A DNA stretch of 64,000 bases from Kudoa neothunni. Its lineage: Eukaryota > Animalia > Cnidaria. The position numbers and the translations under genes were made by a program. The DNA lies in NCBI GenBank assembly GCA_964304625.1, contig OZ199838.1:16269731-16333730 (forward strand), written 5' to 3'. The notes under the pieces were generated by a model, which searched no databases, had not been told where the DNA came from, and was given only the letters and a program-made list of their open reading frames with translations. This document shows, piece by piece, positions 25,138-37,326 of the stretch (position 1 is its first letter; each line of letters opens with the position of its first letter).

Positions 25138-26687
25138 GGGCGTGATGAATTTTCGCCGCACTTTCCGCGAGCGCGGTGAGAGGACAATGAATCGAGAAGA
25201 AATTGAAAATAAAAATTTTGTACTCCTTAAATCCAACAGAGAGCAACCATAATTTTATATATAACAAGTTTTAATATGTACAAGATAAAAAAACATCAAA
25301 AAATCAACTCTGGAAATGTACTGTACGAACCTATAAAGGGCGTGTAAAAACAAATATTTCAGATGATATAACGTTCATAAAAGAGTCAGGATTACATAAT
25401 AACGTTATGTCAGAAAAGAAAATTGAAAATATTAAGTTTAATTCTAAAATTATAGAAATTGCGCAGTCAACACAATATTCTACCCGTATAATTTTTACCT
25501 CGACTACAGTAAGTGAAAGCCTAAATAATTTACCGATAATAAACAAAAAAAATATTTATAAAAATATACAAAATTAATTATAAAAAAAGGGGGATATTAC
25601 ATTATCAAATATTTTAAATCTTTGTGAAAACTAGGTAAGAACGTTAAGGGGTTAAAATTTCTGCTTTTATTTCTCTGACCCGAATGAGAGTCAGCGCATT
25701 GTAAATTTTACAACAACAGAGAACATTTAAATAATTCAACGTTAATTGTAGCAGATGGAATATTTGTTGTCGTTCCTAAAGAGTTTTTACAGCTCTACAC
25801 TCTTAATTGAAGTATCTTCGGCAAATTTTTCCCTCTGGTTTTTGTTTTAATGAAAAACAAAAATCTAGAATCTAACAATATATTAATAAACACATTAATC
25901 AATCAAATTAATATAAAAATTCCGCATAATATAATTATGGATTTTGAATATGCATCTTTTGATACTTTTATAAATGCATCAAAATTTTCAACTATCTACT
26001 TTGTACTTTTCATCCAGGACAATGTTTGGAGGAAATTATGAAAACTTGGTATGGTAACAGTCTACAAAGGTAATGTGGAATTTAGACTTTTAATCAAATC
26101 TTTTACTTCATTAACATACGTTCCTGAGGAAAATGTTATAGAAGAATATGAAAAACTGAAGATAGAATATAGGAAAATAACTGAAATATCATTAACGCCA
26201 CATCTAGATAATTTCGAAAAAGATTTCCTATATGAAGATAAGTATCCCATACCGGCTTGGAAATCTTACAAAAGAGTAATGGAGAATTTACTTTTAACCT
26301 CGAATAATGTAGAAATCTTTTATAAATGTTTTAAAGTGTTGTTCGAACAGTCGTATTCTGGACTGAATAATTTGGTAGAAAAGCTGCAAGAATGTCAAAG
26401 CGTCAACGAGCAAGCAATAGAATTTCCAATGGCTAATCCATTGAATAGTTCTACTACAAATTAAAACCATGACAAAATGAAAAAAAAAGAGTGGTGTGCG
26501 AAAATTATAAGCGCTTCTACGGAATATTTTATGTAAATCATTAGCCAAACTTTATAATTGGTGTATAGATTAGAATTATGATTTTATGTAATTTTTTCGG
26601 TTTTACGCAAAAAATTGTTTTTTCTATGTTATTCCAACCTATCATGGTCAACGAGGAACGTCCGGCAAATTTTCACCTCACGCTGCC
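25138..26687 (+). mobile_element. Decayed MULE transposon (FLYWCH-type lineage)
   Basis: IVADGIFVVVPKEFLQLYTL..FPLVFVLMKNK, IIMDFE, LTYVPEENV, TSNNVEIFY. Imperfect TIRs gcgtgatgaattttcgccgcactttcc / ggaacgtccggcaaattttcacctcacgc. Confidence 0.8.
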
Positions 26688-28603
26688 AGTGTGTGTTTAC
26701 GACAGTACCCATGTGTCATGGATAAACTTTTTTTAAATACAGATTTTAGTATACATTTAAGAGGATGATAATATTACAAAAAACTCGCTAATTCGCTTAT
26801 AATTGTTTACATAAAAAATATCGGTATCAGAAATAAGGAATTTTCTGGTTGTCTGTATCAATAAAGAATTTAATAGGTCCTGTATAATATTGATATTTGT
26901 TTACTTCTGAATGATAGCCAATTAAAATGAACTTTTTACTCATTTTATAGAAAAAGAATTTCTTAATTATGGTATAGTATGTTCCACAAATTTTACATAT
27001 TCCTGTTCGGAGTAATTTTAAGAAAAATAAAACTATTAACGTCACATTTAAAAGAGATGTAGCATTTCCCTTAAAAGTTGAAGTATAAACAAGTTATTTG
27101 GTGTGTGTTTTCTCTTTTCGAACGTTTTGGATATAATTAAGAGAAATAGATTATGATCACTTTAAATAAAACACATAATTTAAGATTATAAGTTGTTGTA
27201 ATGTTGGGTTAATTTGGGCCTCTATACACATTCTAAAAACTATGTAGGATGTGTGTAGAGCTTTTAAATATTAAAATTTTGGTGATATTTATATGAAAAT
27301 TATACTCCAGTGGAATTCCTGAGATGTGAATATTTCTTTTTATCAAATATGTCGATTGAGATTGAAACTATATTCGTCTTTTCGATAAGTTTTTAATTAT
27401 TTTTTGGTTTGCCGAAACTTTCTTGAAAAATAGCCGGAATCACTAATTCGATAAGTTTCAATATTTGATGAGATAATTTTTTAAATAATGTTTAATTCTC
27501 AGTAACCTAATTATTCTTTAACCCCAGCCAAACTTTAAGGTTAATATTCAAATCAATATGTAATTTTCTTTCCGCTAAAACTAATTCATTATGATATAAA
27601 AGCTGCATGAAAATACGCAACACCGCATTCTATACGTAGTTTAAGAGTTTATATTCACGATTACTTTTGCACAAAATACAGTCCCTTCTCAATCTCAGTA
27701 CGTGTCATGCAAGTTAATAAGAAATTATTGGTCTATTCGATCTAACCGAGATTTTCACAAAGTTTTTGTTAACTTATGAATGGTTCAATATGAAGAAATT
27801 TTTTAGGAAAATCAAACAATAGGTTAATTTTTAAAAGGCTGCATTCCTTCAAGAAATTCACCCGTTGATGTTTAAACATTATTGTAATTTTTCAAACCAA
27901 GAACACCTTTAAATTTTTGATTTAATCGTATTTTGTTAATTAATTATGTATATTTTTGAACCACTAAATATTCTTGATAAAAAGCAAGATTGGATTAATT
28001 CATGAATCGAGAAATTATATTACAATAATGAATACGTAAGTTATCGCACAAAGTTTCTTAAAACATCATCAGCATCCTTTATAAAAATGCAAAAATAGGA
28101 GTAACAATTAATATTTCTATTTCTGATGCACCTTAGGTCGATTTTATTTTTTTATCCTTTGTAGACTAATAACAAATTCTATAACTAGGAGTAATTTTTA
28201 TTACAAAATTTTGAAAACAACTGAAAGTCCTATTTAAGTTACTTAATGATTTTTTTGCATAAATAGATGAACTTAAATCGCTAACTACATATCTCTTAAA
28301 ATTAAGGTCATCACAGCTTTGGTCTATAATTTGTAAAATAAACTTAAAATTATTCATTAATTTCCCACATTACCTCTATTTATATTTGAATGGAAAGTAT
28401 GCGCATAATTTCGTATATCTAAATCATCACATAGCAAAAATAATGACAAGTTTTAATATGCATAAAATAAAACATAAAAAATATAATATACAGGGTTTCA
28501 TGTGCTGATTAGAATAACTGTTTCGTAAAATTTCTCCATTCAAAAAATAAAATTTAAAACTTTCCATCACACTTTACCAGGCCAAACTGGGCAATAGCGC
28601 TAT
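26688..28603 (+). mobile_element. Non-autonomous Helitron-like family 2 copy (its 5' tip 25109-25137 is split off by the MULE)
   Basis: Colinear with the reverse complement of 41132-43001 (e.g. cgtcacatttaaaagagatgtagcattt). 3' ccaggccaaactggg...gcgctat. Confidence 0.65.
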
Positions 28604-29229
28604 TTACTTAAAAATCAAAAAGATTTTAGCTTACTTGGTTGGGCATGCAAGCATTCGCGAAGCGGGGCTTTTGCGATAATACAAAACGATAAAAAATATG
28701 GCCGCATAATAAGTTCTGTATTTAAAGGTGAAAATTATATAAGCCAAATAAAAATAGTCAATTCGTATAGTTCTCAAGAAAAATTATTTCAAAATCAATT
28801 GTTATTTAGTATTTATTTGATCTGGCGGCTCTCTTGCTCTCGCCGGTTTTAATAAGTAACTCAAAGCAATACATTTTATTGGGTTATGAAACATAAAAGT
28901 CGTTTTCGGGGTTTAATGAATTCCATTACAAATTATTTGTATATATTGAAGTCGATAAGCTTGTTCCATATGCTATTATTTGCTAAATAAATCTAGCGAT
29001 TTCTTATTCTATATTTAGTCATATTGTTAACTTAAATATGGAAGTTGTGGATTAATAAAACTTCAATAAGTTAAAAAAATTTCTCTTCTAAATATATTTG
29101 AATAAAATAACTAATATATATCGTTAAAATTGGCATTAATTCATTTATTTTGTGTATAAATAAATGCTCGGATTTAGGTTGTACCAGTATTTTTCAAGAA
29201 AATTAAGCTAAAATTCTTATTAAATGCCA

Positions 29230-30720
29230 GGTATAAATTTGAGCATAAAAATTATTATGTAACATGATGAATCATATACAATTAAATGATGGATCTCGAA
29301 TTTAGACAGAAGACAATGCCAAAATTACATCGTGGTTTTATTTTTATGGATATAGATTATTTCTAAGTAGATAAATATGCTGAAAATCTAATTACAGCTT
29401 AAAACTATAAATATGTTATTTTGAAAGAAAACAAAATTACGATTTTACATGAAAATAGCGATGATTCGATTTTGTAAGTTGAACAGGCTTAATATAAACT
29501 ATTAACTTACTGTGGTATTCGTAGAATCAAACAGAGTAAATTATAATTTATCAAATACCATTATTGAATCACAATTGAATATTATCATAACAACCAGAAA
29601 TATTATTGTACGCATTACGTCCTTACATGATTTAAACGGGGTCTAACGAAAATTACGAAATGAATAAACTAAGATTAATTTTTATATTTATTCTTGAATG
29701 ACTCCCGCACCCCCTATAAAGAAAAAAATTGCATTCCAGGGTCCAAAACATGCTAGAATTTCAATGAAGAGTTATACAAGCTTTCTCGATGTATAATACA
29801 ACGAAATGACAAAATTTTGTTTTATAGGAAATCATCATTAACTTAGCCATTCATCAGTTTTATTAGCCCAGAGTGTTTTCCCACGAGTGAAGGCGCTTTG
29901 TCAGTAGTGACATTGAAGAGTTTGTCCAAGCTTAAACCAGAACTGTTCCAACTATTCATAACGATATACAAAAAATCATGACAATTTTTGGTAATCTTCA
30001 AGGATTCAAGTGATAAGAGCTCCTTGGTAATTTCAAAATTATGGTTAATTCGTTTTATAAAAATGAGTAATTGTGCGGTATCGATAGTATCCATCATTTC
30101 GACCAAAGCATTGGATAATACTCAAAGTTGGCAACTTTTTCGAACAATGTTTCATGTCCATTTTGAGAAACATTTTCAATTCGTTGAACAATTGTTTTTC
30201 GTAATAGTGAAATCACTACAATTTTCGAGATGACTTTAGGGAACACTACATTAACCACATTATTAAACGCTTTTTAATAAACTCCCCATCCAAAAATGTC
30301 TTGTTATGTTTTACAAGTTTGAGAGAAAGTATATATCTAGTCAGCGTATCATCTCTTTGTATGGATGTTGCTTTTCCAAATGAATCATGCTGACGTTTTA
30401 AATTTTGTACTATTTCAGATGCCTTCTTTTTCAATTTTTCCTGTGACAAACTTAATCCAAAATTGGAATGTTTGGTTTGATAATGACGTTTTAAATTGTA
30501 CTTTTTGTACACAGCGATTGTATAACGGAAAATCAAACATACAGATTTATTATTGAAACTGTTAAGAAAGTTCTTTTTAGTCCACACATGATTTAAACTT
30601 GTACATTTGTCTTCAATTTTTTTAAGATATATGGAAACTAACCATCTCAACAAACTTTGTATATTGACGAAATTTTCGGCATATTTTTCAATTTTTTTTG
30701 AAAGCGGTATGTTTTATTAG
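29230..30720 (-). mobile_element. Decayed hAT transposase (SPIN/GTF2IRD2-like)
   Basis: VCLI..IAVYKKYNLKRHYQTKH (BED-like), KTFLDGEFIK, DTAQLLIFI..ITKELLSL, VTTDKAPSLVGK, FRCIIHRE. Element ends not resolved. Confidence 0.8.
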
Positions 30721-31868
30721 TTTACATCACTTAATAATGGTAAAAAAATTTATTTTTGTATATATAAAATGATAAATAATTCAAATAGAAAAATGCTCAT
30801 CGAATATTGTATCCATGTATCCCGGTTGAACGAAGTATACATTAGGATTTTAAAAGTTGGTAGAAAATAATTTATGGTGAGTTTATTATATTACAATTAA
30901 TCGGCTCCTAAGGTCAATTCAGAGTGATTTTCTAATTTTTATGACTGATGTTATCTATTAGATATATATAGTTCTTTTTTCTATGACCCCTTTATAGACC
31001 AGACGTAATAGTTAATATATAGAAATTATATCATGATACGAAACGATTAATAATGAAATTATTGCTTATTTTTTTAGCTGTATACTCTCTTAGAACGATT
31101 TTTTGTATCAATATTAGAATTTTAATATTCAATTCATTTAGGCATGACGCTTGTCATGAATAAATTTAAACTATTAAATACAATGCATATTAAAGTTCTC
31201 GAAGCTAAAACCAGCATTTTAATTATGAGAATTATGAATATAAATTTAAATTTACCAGAAAAAAAGATTTTGACCACTGGTGTTGGAACCTCTCGCAGGT
31301 CGTAGTTTTCCCACCTATTCTGTATATCTTCTAGTTTTCACAGCGTAATAAGGTACAAAAATAAGTAAATATAGCTTAGAAAATAATCCAATAAAGCATA
31401 TAAATAAATTTTGGTGTGCTCGTCGAGCCCAAGGTCATCTAAATCGGGAGCGGTGGATAATTACCTATCTGGGATTAATATAGCCCTTCATCGTTATTAT
31501 TAAATTATATAATTATTTAAACTTCGACATGATGAATTTTATTCTTTTTTTAAAGTATATTCGTTAAATAAGCTTCAAAAAATACTATTTTAATAATAAA
31601 GTGGATATAATATTTTATATGAAAATATTCCAATATAATAAGTTGGATAATTTAAATATTCTTAATTATATTATATCAAATTATTATTATGAATTAAAAT
31701 TCTAATACTGTTTTCAATCGCTAAGTTAACACGTAGCAATATTAAATAATGACAATTAATACTCTATCAAAAGAATATTAATAACAAAATTGTCGATATT
31801 CAAAATAAAACGTTTTTCTGTTATTTTAAAATATTAATTATATATATTTTTGTCAAGGTATTTGCATC

Positions 31869-32029
31869 TAATATTCATAGAACTATGAATAAAATATAAA
31901 AAATAATCTACTTAGAAATATAAATGATTTATATACATAAAGATGTAACTTGCGATTATCTTGGGGATTCTAACAAGTGATAACTGTAAGTCATTAATTT
32001 ATTTAATTATTATCCCTCAGATATTCTAA
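31869..32029 (+). promoter_or_regulatory. Conserved upstream block (copy before D)
   Basis: Colinear similarity to 8903-9062, 330-490 bp upstream of the D start codon. Confidence 0.5.
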
Positions 32030-32361
32030 TAATTATTATATTCATAAATGCTGAATTAGAATTAGATATTATTTAAAATATTCAGATGTGATAGAAATGT
32101 TATAATTTAATCCTTAACTAAATTTACGCATGTGCTGCGAAAAATTTTTAATCTTAAAAATTTACTCATAGGAGGTTTCTAAATTTAACATTGTAGAGTG
32201 TGATATAATTAATTATTTATAACCCAACCATTCACTTTAAAAAGTCAGGAACAATTAAATACTGCCAACACTAACGACATACGAATATTATTTAACGTTT
32301 TAATAGTTACTTCTCTTAAAATAAGTATCAATAATTAAATGTTAATATCGTTGGAGAGAGG

Positions 32362-34575
32362 ATGCTGATTATATATTTTTGTTTGATCGCGAGTGGAAAT
32401 TTTTATAGTATTGCAAATGCAGACATTTACGGCACAAACGTAAATTTTATTAGATTAGCACTAATCAGAATATTATTAAAGGAGGTGTCGATTTATATCC
32501 GGTCAAACCAATTTCTCGTTTCGTACTATGTATGTAATTGGATGCAAGAAAAATTTTTTGGGGTGAATTGCAAACAACAATGGGAATATCGGTGTCATTG
32601 TAACTTATTGAAAAATACTTGTACATTCATTATAAAAAAATACAGTGTTAGGAACACACATAAAATCGATTGTCGAACAAGAGAACGATTGTCTCGAAAT
32701 GCTTGCCTCGCATAAAGATCTTACTAACGCTAACGTTACCTTTGTTGTACCTGATAAAAATTTAAACCATAAGTTAATACTTGCTTGAATTTATGTTTTA
32801 ATACATTATCAAGGTATCAACATAGGTATTATGATGATTTCTTAACAAATGATACACTATATCGAAATCTAACTATTCATAATTACAATTTCTCAATATA
32901 TTATTCTAGACTGACACCATCAGAAATGATATTTTATCAATATTTGATATATAATTATGAAAATACCAACAAAATAATAGTAATTTAGTCTTATACATAA
33001 ATCAAATTAATTATCACTTTAATTTTTTCCAAATTGATACATCAACAATCTCTAAAGGGCTAAATAAATCAAATTCAATATATGATAAATATTATTCGTT
33101 TTAATTATAATAAAGAATAAATATTATTTTTAATTTCAATTCAGCCATTACATTAGATTTTAGTTGTCTGACGACATTGGTGTTATATTTTTGGACGAGG
33201 ATGCTTTTTCGTTGGGATATACGACGGAAAAAAATGATCAAAATGGAAACATTATCACATATAAAGGCGCTTCAGAAGTCGTTGAATTCTTTTCCATTCA
33301 TATAAACGGCCTTGGTCGTTTTGATATATTCCATATTCTGTTATACGAATATTTAACGGTAATTCAAATTATGTTTTTTTCGATAATAGGTAATTGGCAA
33401 TTTATTAGCTCGGAAAATATTCCTATACGAATGGTCAAGTTTTCATTGATTTTCCTTGCTCAATAGCCAACAGATCTTTTAATATTACTTCAAATGAATT
33501 TATAAATTTATTAACTCAACGAGAAACAGGAATTGAGCTATTACTTCTCCGGGTTAACTTTATTGCTAAATATAATTTCATGGAATGTGTCGAAAAAATT
33601 AAAAATGCGGTATTGGTTCCAAATCTGAACCACACGTGGAATAATAAAACTCTGAAGTTGATCGAAACAAAATTTCCAAAGAAGGCTGGAAATAAATATT
33701 TTGATGTATGGCAAAAATTCTTTTATCGATGATCAGCTACACAAAATTTTATATTTATTTTTATTATTTTATTTTAGGTGTATCTTTTTTTTGCATACTT
33801 AGCACAAAAAAAGAATCACTATGCCTTGAGTGATCTACAAGAATTAGTGAATCTATCAAACTTTCCACCAAGTCGTATCAAAGATATATCCTCATTAAAC
33901 CCCCCAAAGAATTATATATATTTTTACCGTGTGTTTGAAACCATGTATTATTATACGCTTGTTTCATTCTTTTCCAATGTGACCATAAATGAAAATTACC
34001 TCTTTAAATTTATCGTACATGTTTTTTGTCAATACATTAAATGTGTAAAGTTCGATTTTAGAGTATGGAATCCTCATGGAAAACAGAATTTATTTGTCAT
34101 CGTACTATGTTAAGATATAGGAATGGTATGAGTTTTGTTTCATTAGGATATTTTGTTTAAAAAATTTTTAGAGATAAATATTAGTTTATTTCAAGAATAT
34201 ATAAATGAAAACAACAGAAACGAACAAAACAGCGAAAAAAGCACCACGCCAAATACTCGAATGCATTCTACCGAGTCTTCTACAATAGATTTGGAACCTT
34301 CAGAATCCCCATTAAATAGACATGACACACAAAATACACATAGTAATAGTGATAATAACGAGGACAGCTCTAATGAACAACAAAACAATGTAAGTGATGT
34401 CGAATCTACACAAAATAATACTTCAGTAACAAAAGTAACATACGCTATCAGCAATAATAAATCAAACTCTTCTTTACTGCTCAAGATCATTATTCCAATC
34501 GTGGCAGTGATAATCATCATATCAATTGTAATTGTTGTCATTGTGTTAAAAATGAGATTGGGCAAAACCAAATGA
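32362..34575 (+). CDS. Paralog D: type I membrane protein, same family
   Basis: Same nine-exon layout. MLIIYFCLIASGNFYSIANA signal, FFGVNC, NANVTFVVPD, LTPSEMIF, GVIFLDEDAFSLGYTTE, DFPCS, AKYNFMECV, HTWN, SSWKTEFI. S/T/N-rich stalk, TM IIIPIVAVIIIISIVIVVIVL, tail KMRLGKTK*. Confidence 0.88.
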
Positions 34576-37326
34576 CATATTAATGTATCAGAATGTCTTA
34601 TTCCATAAAACTATACCATTAGATTAACTGCCTCATTCGAACAAATTTTTATTGGGTTTGTTTTAGACTAAATATTCTTACGCTTAAGCTAATCCATGTT
34701 TCTTAGAACAACCGAAATATTATATAATTTCGCTGATTAATTTTTAATCAATCATAAAAATTTTATCGAGTCATTTTTTAATTAAAAATGAATAATGAGT
34801 TGTTTATTTAATATTTTTTGTATATTTACTTGATTGAATAAAATAATTCAATATATTTAAGTATTTAGGAAATATTATTAATAATATATTTTAAGTGATG
34901 GTTAAAATAATGTTGGGATTTCCAGAAATTAACCTTCTATCTAATGCACTTTCAGCGTTCTATGTAGAAGTGGCTTGTTATTTGAAACTACGCCTATAGT
35001 AATGTAATGTATAACCATTTTGAATAATTTTATCGCTGATATTTATAATTTAATTTTTTTTAATTACTTTTAATATATTATTCATTTTTTATTTCATGAA
35101 ATATATTATTAAGAGATAAATTTGTCATTGATTCATTGAATTTATGATAAAAGTTTAATACTTAAAAATATCGTTCTTTTTGTTGATCGTGCTTTAAATC
35201 TATAAACTACTTATGAAATTAAAAATAAGGTCAATTAATATTATGAATTTCTGGGAGACCGAAACTATAATCCGTATCTTAAAATATGATTATATCTTCA
35301 GCCAATGTATACCTTCAGCATATAAAAGATGTCCATTTAGTTGGTATTACAAGAATGTTGTTACGTAAAATCATTATTAGAAAAAATTACCAGTTAAACA
35401 TTAATTATATATGTTTCTACAAAACTATATGTACTATTTAATATGTTTTGAAACGATAAACTAATGAAAATAATATTATAAAATGTTGCAAATAGTTCCT
35501 TAAAAAATAAGATTGCTACTAAAGATGATAATTTTAATATAATATTTTACATTATATATAGAACAATAATTTTATATACCCATTATCTACATTGCCTATA
35601 TCCAGGGTGACCTAATTTCGTTTCGTGCATCAAATATCAGTAGATGCATAATTATATTTATTATGAGATTTTTACTAAAACCTCCCATCTAAATTTTTAA
35701 TCAGTAAGACAAGATATATAAAACCATTATATAATTTTAAAAAATCCGAATAAATTAAACTGATCAAAAGCTTTATTAAATTACTCTTTATAACATATTT
35801 ATAATTAAATTATGGTGGAATCTTTTGGATGAAATCCTCTTTAAATAATAATCATCAAATGATCTATGTGAGATGTACACATACATCAATTATTTATATT
35901 ACAAAATTAATTTTTTATAGCATAGACATGGTATATAAGAATGTCGCCAATTGAAGTGATAGAAAAATACTTTTTCCTTTACAACAGTGTTTCCCTATTA
36001 ATTTTCGATTACGTAATTCATATCACTAATGAAAATAATGCCTCACTCGTTTTCAAAAAAAGAAATTATAAAGTGGGATTATTTTTTGTGGAAAAAAAGT
36101 CTTTAATTAATATAACCGAAAATGAAAAAAAACAGCAATATTCTTTAAAGGGTAAATAAAATAAATACAACAGGTAATAAATTAAATGTTATGACCTTTT
36201 TCTTTTCTTGTTGGGAAATAATTAATCCAAAAATGAGGATCGATATATATTGATATGGCATAGTTTGTAAATGAACTACGTATTTAATATTTCAGTGAAA
36301 ACTCGCACTTGCGTGGAATGTTTAATTTTTCACTTTATCAACTTAATTATAAATTTAAAAATTAAATGGAGTACATAAAAATAGTACTAAATTGTTAAAT
36401 TAAAATTTTAGTTTATATAATTTTTTATTTCAATTTGATTTTTCCATGATGTGTTTAAATACCCACGAATTCAACTAAAAACTTCATCTTGACGCTTATG
36501 TTTAGTTATAATTTTCCTCATAGTTTACGATAAGAAATAGAACCATTTAACTCATTTAAAATTTGTTTAACATCTACATCAAAAAGAAAATAATTGAAAT
36601 TATTTACTTTCAGCTTTAAAATATTTTTAATGAATAAAATTGGAACAAATAATCATTTGTTCGTCTATTAACAAGAAAAATACAGCAAATCGAAAACGTA
36701 TAATAATTTTCACTAAAATTCATCAAATGTCTATTGTCTACAAAACTTCATTCTATTTCGAATTCGCTCGAATCGAACATGATACATTTGTGAGAGAGAT
36801 TGTGATGAAGTAGAATCAGTATATTACGTACAACGAATGCTTGGTCGTAGATTTTTTTCGTTGAATTAGTGGATAAATCATGACCACCCCTCCCCGTGGG
36901 TATCCCACAGACACCCAATGAGTAAGCCCTTTCTTAAAAGGTTAAGTCATATGAAGGGATTCAAAAATATGAATAATAAATGATATTTAATATTATTTAA
37001 TTTAAAATATTTCAAAAATCATAGAGAATGAATTATTCACATGATAACATTCTATTTTGTTAGCTTTATTTCCTGTTGATACTCATTATATATGTAGGAT
37101 TGATAAAATTAATAAACCTTTGGTTGGTTATTCCTTAGGTTTTCATTAAGGAATTAAAAATAGGTTGAGAAATTTTAAGAAATAAAATTCATAATCTCAC
37201 AATACTTTGAATAATTCTAATACATTGTATTTATTGACGTATCAAATCCTATTGTTATGCTCATATGAATATCAACGGTTAAATGGAAACATGAGGTATA
37301 AGCTGATTTACTCTTTGTACCACAAG

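Noticed and set aside
29185-31277. cagtattttt / ttttgaccactg as TIRs of the minus-strand hAT
   Set aside because: Poor match and no 8-bp TSD.
34191-34571. Minus-strand 126-aa ORF
   Set aside because: Antisense of the last exon of gene D.
36880-36945. GC-rich patch as promoter of gene E
   Set aside because: Single occurrence, with no recognisable motif or comparative support.
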